Shown: positions 24,818-32,000 of the stretch, piece after piece | How positions within the stretch are numbered: the stretch's first letter is position 1 | How the letters are laid out: every line of letters starts with the position of its first letter | From: Acaryochloris marina S15 | GTDB lineage: Bacteria > Cyanobacteriota > Cyanobacteriia > Thermosynechococcales > Thermosynechococcaceae | Direction: 5' to 3' | Length of the DNA stretch: 32,000 nucleotides | Assembly (NCBI RefSeq): GCF_018336915.1 | Contig: NZ_CP064923.1 | Location: 3,600,001-3,632,000, forward strand | Made by a program: the position numbers and the translations under genes | The notes under the pieces: model-generated | What the model was told of the DNA's origin: nothing | Databases searched by the model: none | The model's input: only the letters and a program-made list of their open reading frames with translations

Positions 24818-25386
24818 GTGTTTACCTCATTAAAGCTAATACTTCAACGTCAAAAAATAAAACTAATCTAAATGCAGAAATCTTAGTGCCACAAATTAAA
24901 CATCATCTTTTGATAATGTTTAACGACACTACTTTGTAGTGCCCATATATAAAAAACGCTCAATAATAACGCTCCAACTCAAGAGGGCGTATTAGAAAGT
25001 TTTGCCGTGAAATAAATATCACGGTTGCACAGCACGCTATAAATTACATACCTAAAAAATAAAGCAAGCAATCCATGAGCTATACATCAAATCAATAAAA
25101 GATTCGTCAACGAACCTCTTTATTTCTGAACAAATCAATTGATATGCGTTTTAGATTAATTTTGCGAGGCACGTTTAATTTAATCTGAATTAATCCTACA
25201 TGAGGGATGTGATTTTGTATATATATTTTTTTAATATTTCAATTTCATCTATGCAAAATATCTAAATTAATTACTCTGAAAATAAAATAATCTAATAATC
25301 CTTAGGCACAATAAAAATTTAGAATAATATGACATATCAATAATATATAAGCGATCACACTATATAAGTATGATTTTAAATTTGAT

Positions 25387-25402
25387 TGTGATTTAAATCA
25401 CG
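25387..25402. promoter_or_regulatory. CRP/FNR-family (SyCRP-type) binding-site candidate
   Basis: TGTGA-TTTAAA-TCACG matches 9 of 10 positions of TGTGA-N6-TCACA. The inner 14 bp gtgatttaaatcac form a perfect palindrome. Sits in a 1.15-kb non-coding spacer, about 570 bp from either flanking start. Confidence 0.3.
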
Positions 25403-25966
25403 GTAAATTTTTGCTGTTTCTGAAGATAGTATTAAGATGCCCTAATCTTGCAAGTTCAATACTAGCAGTGCCTTCACAGCAGTAAGTAGGTTTAGACTCA
25501 AGTAAAGCGAAAGAAAATAACACTTAAGTTTTGATTAAATTCAAACCAAGCCCTCATCTGCCAATAATTTAGATATTTTATATATAAGCCAATCTCATTC
25601 AGGGGATAATGATAACTCTCTAAAGCTATAGATATAGAGGTTTTAATATGAGTATCAGCCAGATAAATCTGTTTAGATCATGTTGCTGTTATTCGAGATT
25701 TAGCATCGATTAATGGAAGAATTTTAATGCTATTTTTCTCCTATTCTCACAAAAGTCGTCACTCGCAGAAATTTTTATATGGATACTATAGATTGACATC
25801 CTGGAATAAATAATAAGTCTTACATAGCGTAAAGATATTCTATGATAAAAATTATTACCATGAATATTGATGAGTTTAAGCCTTGCTTTTAGTCTACCTA
25901 TAGAAAGTACAGGCTTTAGCTTGAGACAAGATAGAAACTTAGATTTATATTCACTAGTAACGTCAT

Positions 25967-26323
25967 ATGTGCAGTGATTCAAAATCTTTATCCCATATAA
26001 GATTAAACCTAGTTGTTTTACGTTCTGGCCACCCCAGAGAACTAGCGATTTGGTATGGGCAATTGTTGAAGCAAATGGTCAACGAAGAAAAACACGATAA
26101 GGGTCCTCTCCATTTTGCGATTCAACTTGATGATTCTGTGATTGAGTTTTACCCCCAAAAGTCAGAGAAACCCAACACTCCCATGACATTTGGTTTGAGC
26201 GCAGATGTTGATACGTTTGAATATTTGCAAACAACGACTGAATGTAAGAATTTGAACAAAAATAGCTTAATCATCAGTGATCCAGAGAATAATCAGATCA
26301 TTGTGCATAAAATGGCCGTTTAG
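25967..26323 (+). CDS. VOC (glyoxalase/bleomycin-resistance fold) family protein, tentative
   Basis: 118 aa with ATG start. LSHIRLNLVVLRSGHPRELAIWYGQLL...LHFAIQLDDSVIEFYP...IISDPENNQIIVH fits the beta-alpha-beta-beta-beta module and the usual DP-G/N-N-x-I ending. Confidence 0.5.
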   Translation: MCSDSKSLSHIRLNLVVLRSGHPRELAIWYGQLLKQMVNEEKHDKGPLHFAIQLDDSVIEFYPQKSEKPNTPMTFGLSADVDTFEYLQTTTECKNLNKNSLIISDPENNQIIVHKMAV

Positions 26324-26411
26324 AATCGTAGAGATTACGTTGGAACAGATATTCTTGTTTACACGCCATTGTGGTAAATCTTTTGAAGCTATTGAAAGAC
26401 AGATCTCTAAC

Positions 26412-27116
26412 TTAAGCTTTGCCCTCAAGTCGAAAGCTGGGGTCAGGAATAATTCCTTTAGTTGCACGCTGGGTTAAAGTGCGTTGCCAATTAATCGCCA
26501 ATTCTGGACACCTAGCTAACTCTAGGGTGGTTTCTCGATCGTCAAATTGATGGTGCATCACCTGATTGGCGCGGGCAATTGACCACTGTGGATGGGGACG
26601 ATCACACAGGAGCAAGGATAAATTAGGCTCCACATAACCTGCCTTTAGAACCCGGAAATACCAGCCCGTTTTGCCATTATTTTGCACCTGCAAGGCTAAA
26701 TCTCGAATGTGCCAGCGACGCGATAGTTTCCAACAAGGTTGCCGAGGTTGTGAAATTTGAATTTGAGCTTCACCCAGTTGATAAATATCACCAATACATA
26801 CCGATGATTCAGTTTGTCCTTCAATCGTGAAATTTTCGCCAAAGGCACCATAGAAAAAATCTGACAATTGGAGCGAAGCTTGCCAGCTTGGGTAATGTTC
26901 TGCGGCATAAGCCAGAACCGCTTTTTCCGTGCCACCGTGATGTTTTAAATCGGCTTGGCCATCACCGTTTAAGTTAGTCAAACCTAGCCAGATTTTCCCC
27001 TGAGTCGGCATCTTCAAGAAGCCAGTTGTCCAGGGTCGGTCCATAAAATCAGTGGCTCCCTCCTTCCCTAGGGTTTGGGGTAAGCCCACCTGAATTGAAA
27101 TAACGCGAGGTGTCAT
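26412..27116 (-). CDS. MOSC domain protein (YiiM-like)
   Basis: 234 aa. GDGQADLKHHGG, GENFTIEG and ISQPRQPCWKLSRRW (MOSC core with the conserved Cys), plus a C-terminal helical domain as in YiiM. Confidence 0.85.
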   Translation of the reverse strand: MTPRVISIQVGLPQTLGKEGATDFMDRPWTTGFLKMPTQGKIWLGLTNLNGDGQADLKHHGGTEKAVLAYAAEHYPSWQASLQLSDFFYGAFGENFTIEGQTESSVCIGDIYQLGEAQIQISQPRQPCWKLSRRWHIRDLALQVQNNGKTGWYFRVLKAGYVEPNLSLLLCDRPHPQWSIARANQVMHHQFDDRETTLELARCPELAINWQRTLTQRATKGIIPDPSFRLEGKA

Positions 27117-27206
27117 ATAAATTTCTGAGTCACAGGCAAAGTTGATAGTGGCATCCTTTGATTTAAATGCAGAGGGTAAAGTCTGACTTTTAACCCAACA
27201 GGAGGG

Positions 27207-27596
27207 CTACTCATCAGGTGCGACCCAACCATGCTCCCTTAACATTGCTCGGATTGTGGTGTTTTTTGCAGGCTTGTTATTGGGAAGCACATCAAAAGCG
27301 GTTATTCCACAACTCTTTGTATACAAGGGGGTTGCCCCACCTTTAAGGAGGAGGTCAACCATTTTGATATTGCCAGTCGAAATAGCACAGTGGAGCGGAT
27401 TGTCATATATTGCCGAAACAGCATTCGGATCGGCCCCAAGTTCGAGCAATACCATGGCCGCTTCAAATGCCCCGACGAACACAGCATTAATCAATGGCGT
27501 TGTACCATCCTCGTCACGCTCATCAATCAGCCAGCCCCGATTTACTAGAAAACGTATACCGTCAGGATAATTCTCGATAGTCAAGAAATTCGCCAA
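27207..27596 (-). CDS. ankyrin-repeat protein (start uncertain; probably the 3' part of a frameshifted gene)
   Basis: The track ORF begins at TTG 27596 with no SD and no upstream ATG in frame. ANK repeats: DGTTPLINAVFVGAFEAAMVLLELGADPNAV and DNPLHCAISTGNIKMVDLLLKGGATP. The first repeat is truncated at its N-terminal helix. Confidence 0.7.
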   Translation of the reverse strand: MANFLTIENYPDGIRFLVNRGWLIDERDEDGTTPLINAVFVGAFEAAMVLLELGADPNAVSAIYDNPLHCAISTGNIKMVDLLLKGGATPLYTKSCGITAFDVLPNNKPAKNTTIRAMLREHGWVAPDE

Positions 27597-27708
27597 GTAA
27601 TGTTGCCGATTTTAGCTCAGGATATTCTTGCAACAGCCTATCTGCTAGCGGCGGATCCAGTAAAGCTGCATCCACGAATTGTCCAACAATTTCACGTGAA
27701 ACCGTCAT
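27562..27708 (-). pseudogene. 48-codon ORF, likely the displaced 5' end of the ankyrin gene
   Basis: Not in the track. ATG at 27708-27706 overlaps the ARH stop (GCATGA). It encodes MTVSREIVGQFVDAALLDPPLADRLLQEYPELKSATLLGEFLDYRELS*. Skipping one base near 27597-27600 would join ...KSATLL to ANFLTIENYPDGIRFLVNRG and complete an ANK repeat. Confidence 0.45.
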
Positions 27709-28682
27709 GCTCTGAACAGGGCTACTTCCAAACGATCTGCCAACCTTTGAATATCGTGGGGACGTGCAATCCCGTTAATCCACTTGGATGGAATATTCTC
27801 AATTCCATAATGGATACCTGCTAATCCTCCCGTTACCGCTGCAGTCGTATCTGTATCTTCACCCAGATTGACGGCCTTCAATACTGCCTCTGGATATGAT
27901 GATGTCGTCAGCAAGCACCACAGGGAGGCTTCTAATGTGTCAATCACATATCCTTCTGAATGGATACTTTCAATGGGCAAATTTTCGATGTCACGGCTAA
28001 ATATCCGCTCAAAATGGTGCTTTTCTAAAAGATAGGGAAATGCCTGATAAATCTCCTCAGCTTGCTCCAATCCTTGGACATAAGCCTCTCCCGGACTAGC
28101 CCCTTCAAGCAAGGTTACTGCGATACAAATGTAAATCCCGCAAGCCATTTGTGAGCGAGGATGGGCATGGGTGATGCGAGAGACTTGATGAACCCTGTCC
28201 ATCAAAGTGGGTAAGTCTATCGTTTTGTAGCAGTATGCCATGGGTAAAATTCGCATCAGTGAACCATTGCCATTGCTGCGCTCCACCGTATCACCGGCTT
28301 CTAACGGTGCAACACCATTTTGCAGCTTCTGAATGGCCATCTGGGTAGTAATGCCAATATCAAATACTTTCCCCCGTGCCGTCCATTCCTGTTCGTAATA
28401 CCAACGACAAAATGACTGAGCAATGGCCTGGAGCGAAAACCCATCACATAGACAATCCGCGAGACAAAAGGTTAAAGAACTGTCATCCGACCATGTTCCA
28501 GGGGGTTCTTTCCATTCATTGCGGCTATCCAGTTCAGTAACCGGACTCTCTATCAGTTCCTCTCTACTCAGGAATTCGACGGGTACCCCCAATGCATCCC
28601 CCACACATAAACCCATCAATCCCGAACGTACTTGTGAGAATGGACGGTCTGTAGAAGCTTCTTCAGTGATGAGATTGACCAT
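27705..28682 (-). CDS. ADP-ribosylglycohydrolase (ARH/DraG) family protein
   Basis: The track ORF begins at TTG 28727; the ATG is at 28682 (MVNLITEE...). GLCVGDALGVPVEF near the N-terminus, SDDSSLTFCLA, NGSLMRILP and GEDTDTTAAVTGGLAG near the C-terminus are the family metal-binding motifs. Confidence 0.9.
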   Translation of the reverse strand: MVNLITEEASTDRPFSQVRSGLMGLCVGDALGVPVEFLSREELIESPVTELDSRNEWKEPPGTWSDDSSLTFCLADCLCDGFSLQAIAQSFCRWYYEQEWTARGKVFDIGITTQMAIQKLQNGVAPLEAGDTVERSNGNGSLMRILPMAYCYKTIDLPTLMDRVHQVSRITHAHPRSQMACGIYICIAVTLLEGASPGEAYVQGLEQAEEIYQAFPYLLEKHHFERIFSRDIENLPIESIHSEGYVIDTLEASLWCLLTTSSYPEAVLKAVNLGEDTDTTAAVTGGLAGIHYGIENIPSKWINGIARPHDIQRLADRLEVALFRA

Positions 28683-28883
28683 CTTACCCACACAAGACCT
28701 ATGGAACTGCCAATACAACCTTAACAACTGGACAGTGGAGGCTTATGCCAACCTGTCTTTAGCTAAATCGCATGTTGCTTCCAGGTCCTAGATCTGGGTT
28801 AAAGTCTGCAGCCATTTTTCAGATGTTTAAACTTTTGCAACAAGATAAGGTCACGACCTGATGGGCTTGCTTAGAATATTAAC

Positions 28884-28895
28884 GAACGTACGTTC
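28884..28895. promoter_or_regulatory. candidate TetR operator
   Basis: Perfect 12-bp palindrome gaacgtacgttc ending 5 nt before the TetR ATG, in the 218-bp divergent spacer between the ARH (ATG 28682) and TetR genes. Confidence 0.4.
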
Positions 28896-28900
28896 ACTAT

Positions 28901-29533
28901 ATGGAACTGCCAACATTGGAGATTACTCAACCTAAACGTTCTTATCGTCGTGATGGGAAACAAGCCATCTTAGAGGCGGCCCTTGAGTTGTTTACCCATC
29001 AAGGTTATGAGGAGACTTCGGTTGAGGATCTACGTAAAGCTGCAGGATTTAAATCAAAGGCTAGTCTCTATGCTCACTTTGAAAGTAAAGAAGCGGTTGC
29101 TGAAGCATTATCAGTGCAAATTTTTAAGCTGACAGAGCGTCAAATTCTGATTGAGTATGAGAAGGCAGGTTCAGATCCCCTTGAGATTCTAATCGCAATT
29201 ACCAAAGGCTTTATTCGTTGGGGGCTTGAGCACCCAAAAGAATATACCTTTCGGTTCATTCGAACCCAACAGAATCGCCTGGTTCAAGGCCAATATGACT
29301 ACACGACGGATCAGTTCTCAATTGCTTACGGCAAAATGTTGGAACTTCTCCAATATTTACGTCAGCAATACCCCGTCCGCCAAATTGCAGATGAAGCCTT
29401 AATCAGCGTCACCCTGGGATTGGTGAGTCGATCTGTGATTGATCGGGAAGCGTTTGGCAATATTAGCCTTGAGGAACAGGTCAACCAAGTGTTGGAACTC
29501 TGTATGGGAATATTTTTCTCTGAACCCATCTGA
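28901..29533 (+). CDS. TetR/AcrR family transcriptional regulator
   Basis: 210 aa. N-terminal HTH KQAILEAALELFTHQGYEETSVEDLRKAAGFKSKASLYAHFESKEAV is the canonical TetR_N signature. Confidence 0.9.
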   Translation: MELPTLEITQPKRSYRRDGKQAILEAALELFTHQGYEETSVEDLRKAAGFKSKASLYAHFESKEAVAEALSVQIFKLTERQILIEYEKAGSDPLEILIAITKGFIRWGLEHPKEYTFRFIRTQQNRLVQGQYDYTTDQFSIAYGKMLELLQYLRQQYPVRQIADEALISVTLGLVSRSVIDREAFGNISLEEQVNQVLELCMGIFFSEPI

Positions 29534-29741
29534 TGGGTTGAAACTGGCTCTGCTTCATTATCCCCTCACAATAGTTCAAATCTACTCAGTAAAGAGGATA
29601 GATCTCTTGCCTTTTCATGGCTATTTGTTCATGAAAAAGTTTGTTGATGATTTTTGTCTTGCTCTATTGAGCAATGGCTCGCCCTGTTAGTGCAAGTTCG
29701 ATGAGTGCATTTTCACATAATCCTACGGAGAACGATGACTA

Positions 29742-29942
29742 ATGTCCAAAAATAACCCTAAGCAGTTAGGAGAAACAATAGATCGCTTAGTCCAAATTAG
29801 AGATTTATGTTCAAATCTGGCTCAATCAGTAGATGCAGGTCTAATTCCAGCTCAGATAGCCGAAATTTGCGACATTGGTGCTGAAGAACTCCAGGATATT
29901 GGCCAACAACTGAGTCGATTGCATACTTCTACCCAAAATTGA
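29742..29942 (+). CDS. hypothetical small protein
   Basis: 66 aa, ATG preceded by GGAG 13 nt upstream. Helical, acidic. No recognisable family. Followed by a 21-bp-stem hairpin. Confidence 0.4.
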   Translation: MSKNNPKQLGETIDRLVQIRDLCSNLAQSVDAGLIPAQIAEICDIGAEELQDIGQQLSRLHTSTQN

Positions 29943-29959
29943 TCGACATCTTGCTCGAA

Positions 29960-30011
29960 CAATTCATATTGGACTATCAAGTATCTTCCATTGATAGTCC
30001 AATATGAATTG
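29960..30011. terminator. long perfect hairpin (bidirectional terminator or protein-binding dyad)
   Basis: 21-bp perfect stem caattcatattggactatcaa / ttgatagtccaatatgaattg with a 10-nt loop, 18 nt after the 29942 stop. No U-tract. Confidence 0.45.
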
Positions 30012-30073
30012 AGCTAATTCAATTTAATGCAAGCGCTTCGGACGAGGTTATTTCGCACTCGAAATACTTGAAT

Positions 30074-30102
30074 GGTTTCAGCACTGCTTCAGTGCTGAAA
30101 CC
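30074..30102. terminator. hairpin between convergent small ORFs
   Basis: 12-bp perfect stem ggtttcagcact / agtgctgaaacc with a 5-nt loop, 54 nt downstream of the minus-strand ORF ending at 30156. Confidence 0.4.
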
Positions 30103-30155
30103 CAGCATTGATGTTTGGGATATTTATTAAAACTGCTGTCACTGCCTTCTTTTAA

Positions 30156-30458
30156 TTAAGAAATTAATCCAAGGGTGGCAATACAAGATTGCTTTTCTGT
30201 TCTAAAGGTAAATCGTTGAATCATGGCTTCCACTGATGCTAGAGGAAGTGCATCAATAATAGTGGCTCGGAACATAATAGTGGGTCGCTCAGGAACCTCA
30301 ATACCACAATGTTCAGAACGTAGAAAGATTCGGTTGATTGGATCTTGATCAATAGAGACCTGAACCCCTAATTCTGGATGTTGGAGGAAGGCTTGAAACA
30401 TCTCTAACTGTTTCCAGAATTGGATCGTACTAGACTTGAATTCGATGTGTAAAGTCAT
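30156..30458 (-). CDS. hypothetical protein
   Basis: 100 aa, ATG preceded by AGGAG 8 nt upstream (aaccAGGAGttatgctATG). No recognisable family. Confidence 0.55.
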   Translation of the reverse strand: MTLHIEFKSSTIQFWKQLEMFQAFLQHPELGVQVSIDQDPINRIFLRSEHCGIEVPERPTIMFRATIIDALPLASVEAMIQRFTFRTEKQSCIATLGLIS

Positions 30459-30537
30459 AGCATAACTCCTGGTTAAGCTTTTATTAATTATGCCCTCAAC
30501 ACAATTGTTAGCTTAAATATTCATCGAAATCTTTATT

Positions 30538-30568
30538 ATTTAGCACTCTTAGAGTGTGAGTGCTAAAT
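30538..30568. promoter_or_regulatory. inverted repeat upstream of the 100-aa ORF
   Basis: 11-bp perfect arms atttagcactc / gagtgctaaat with a 9-nt spacer, 80-110 nt upstream of the 30458 start and 245 nt downstream of the purT stop. Confidence 0.3.
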
Positions 30569-30812
30569 ATAATGCTCTTCCCAGAAGTTGTTATTGAGGA
30601 AAACCAAGCTTATTTGAATGAAAGCTTTTCTACAAGAAAGAGTCAATCGTAATCTGATGAGCTAATGGAGAAGGATTTTTTTAGTATCTCTTGCTACGGT
30701 TTGTCTTTCAAAAAAACCTTGGATATTAATAAATAAAAAGCGATCAATGGCCTTTGTCTACAGTTAAATACAGGTGAAGATGGGGTTTGATTACTAAGTA
30801 CGAGAGATCCAA

Positions 30813-32000
30813 TTAACTGATAACGGTAACTTGCTGGGCACAGTCTTTAGCCCGTTGTCTGGCTTCCTCTATGGTCTCACCTAGGGCTAGAGCGACCCCC
30901 ATCCGTCGATTTTTATGGGCAGTGGGTTTACCAAATAAGCGAACGCGGCTGGTTGGCACGGCAAGAGCTGCAGCAACGCCTTCAATCTTGGGTTCCTTGG
31001 ATGCCTCTGAGGCCAAAATTACCGCTGAAGCTCCAGGGCTAATGAGTTGGATATCACCAATGGGGAGACCCAGAATGGCACGGGCATGCAGTTCAAATTC
31101 GGACATATTTTGACTGACCATCGTGACCATGCCTGTGTCGTGGGGGCGAGGACTCACTTCGCTGAAATAGACCGTCTGGGGCTGATCGGCCGGCCCAGCA
31201 ATAAAAAGTTCCACACCAAACAGTCCCCACCCTCCTAAAGCATCGGTAATTTGGCGGGCCATAGCTTGGCAGGCTTCCAGGGTATTGGGGTGGAGGGCAC
31301 AGGGCTGCCAGGATTCTCGATAGTCCCCGCTTTGTTGCACATGGCCGATAGGAGGACAGAAGTGGGTGCCCGACTGGGACCGCACCGTTAGTAAGGTAAT
31401 TTCTGTTTCGAACTCGACAAAGCCTTCAACGATGACGCGGGGGGCGTTGCCACGACCGGCTTCTAGGGCATAGGTCCAGGCTGGGATAATTTCGCTGTCT
31501 GTTTTGACTAAGCTTTGGCCTTTACCTGAGGAACTCATGACGGGTTTGACCACGCAGGGAAGGCCAACGTGTTGCACTGCCTGTTCATATTCCGCTTGGG
31601 TGGAGGCAAATTGGTAGGGAGAGGTTTTTAAGCCCAGGTCACTGGCTGCCAGACGCCGAATGCCTTCCCGATCCATGGTCAGATTAGTGGCTTTAGCGGT
31701 GGGAATGACGTTCCATCCTTCCGCTTCTAGTTCGAGTAGGGTTGCAGTGGCGATGGCTTCAATCTCGGGCACAATTAGATCTGGTTTAACCGACTCTATG
31801 ACCTGGCGCAGGGCCGCCCCATCCTGCATATTAATCACTACATTACGATGGGCAAACTGCATGGCGGGGGCATGGTCGTAGGAATCCGCTGCAATCACTT
31901 CAATGCCTAAGCGCATGGCCTCTAGGGCGACTTCTCGGCCGAGTTCTCCTGACCCCAACAGCAATAGCCGTTTGGCAGATTCAGAAAAAGGGGCACCCCA
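30813..32000 (-). CDS. purT: formate-dependent phosphoribosylglycinamide formyltransferase (GAR transformylase 2), 5' end beyond window
   Basis: Near-colinear match to E. coli PurT as I recall it ([68 protein letters not shown]). The frame stays open upstream of the track's Met to base 32000 (..[20 protein letters not shown]), so the true start lies outside the window. Confidence 0.95.
   Translation of the reverse strand, partial: WGAPFSESAKRLLLLGSGELGREVALEAMRLGIEVIAADSYDHAPAMQFAHRNVVINMQDGAALRQVIESVKPDLIVPEIEAIATATLLELEAEGWNVIPTAKATNLTMDREGIRRLAASDLGLKTSPYQFASTQAEYEQAVQHVGLPCVVKPVMSSSGKGQSLVKTDSEIIPAWTYALEAGRGNAPRVIVEGFVEFETEITLLTVRSQSGTHFCPPIGHVQQSGDYRESWQPCALHPNTLEACQAMARQITDALGGWGLFGVELFIAGPADQPQTVYFSEVSPRPHDTGMVTMVSQNMSEFELHARAILGLPIGDIQLISPGASAVILASEASKEPKIEGVAAALAVPTSRVRLFGKPTAHKNRRMGVALALGETIEEARQRAKDCAQQVTVIS

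Noticed and set aside
24162-24833. 223-aa Pro/Ser-rich ORF on the plus strand
   Set aside because: It is the antisense shadow of the RTX repeat gene. The periodic GGxGxD codons read as SP/PP repeats on the other strand, and the RTX frame has the recognisable family signature.
25710-25982. 90-aa minus-strand ORF
   Set aside because: It lies in very AT-rich DNA, is Ile/Lys/Ser/Arg-biased, overlaps the start of the VOC-like gene and has no recognisable motif.

Overview
Cyanobacterial chromosomal DNA: there are 12 copies of the HIP1 octamer GCGATCGC, all left of 19.3 kb. I recognise no rRNA, tRNA, CRISPR array, transposase or integrase. About 30 protein genes look credible.

Left part (1-7200): a CKX-like FAD oxidase, a heme-oxygenase-like di-iron enzyme with a GspE-N-like tail flanked by long AT-rich spacers, an SLH cell-surface protein, a GNAT, a RidA-family protein, a DUF427 protein and a small membrane protein.

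Centre (7245-19389, all minus strand): a tightly packed 11-gene array and the main finding. Order: fatty acyl-AMP ligase, three tandem AspH/LpxO-type Fe/2OG hydroxylase paralogs, a second fatty acyl-AMP ligase, carrier protein, serine-palmitoyltransferase-like alpha-oxoamine synthase, histidine phosphatase, eukaryote-like 3-ketodihydrosphingosine-reductase SDR, an SPPY-motif methyltransferase (1-nt stop/start overlap with the SDR) and a CDF transporter. An MprF-TM/flippase-like gene is divergently transcribed across a 788-bp spacer. I read this as a candidate, apparently uncharacterised, pathway for a (poly)hydroxylated sphingoid-base-like amino-lipid.

Right part (21.2-26.4 kb): a visibly AT-rich, HIP1-free stretch with a MATE exporter, an RTX calcium-binding repeat protein, more than 1 kb of non-coding DNA carrying a near-consensus CRP-type site and short repeat motifs, and a VOC-like gene. 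It is followed by a MOSC gene, an ankyrin gene (apparently frameshifted) coupled to an ADP-ribosylglycohydrolase, a divergent TetR with a 12-bp palindrome at its start, two small orphan ORFs with strong hairpins, and purT running off the right edge.

All family calls come from reading motifs by eye. No database search was run.
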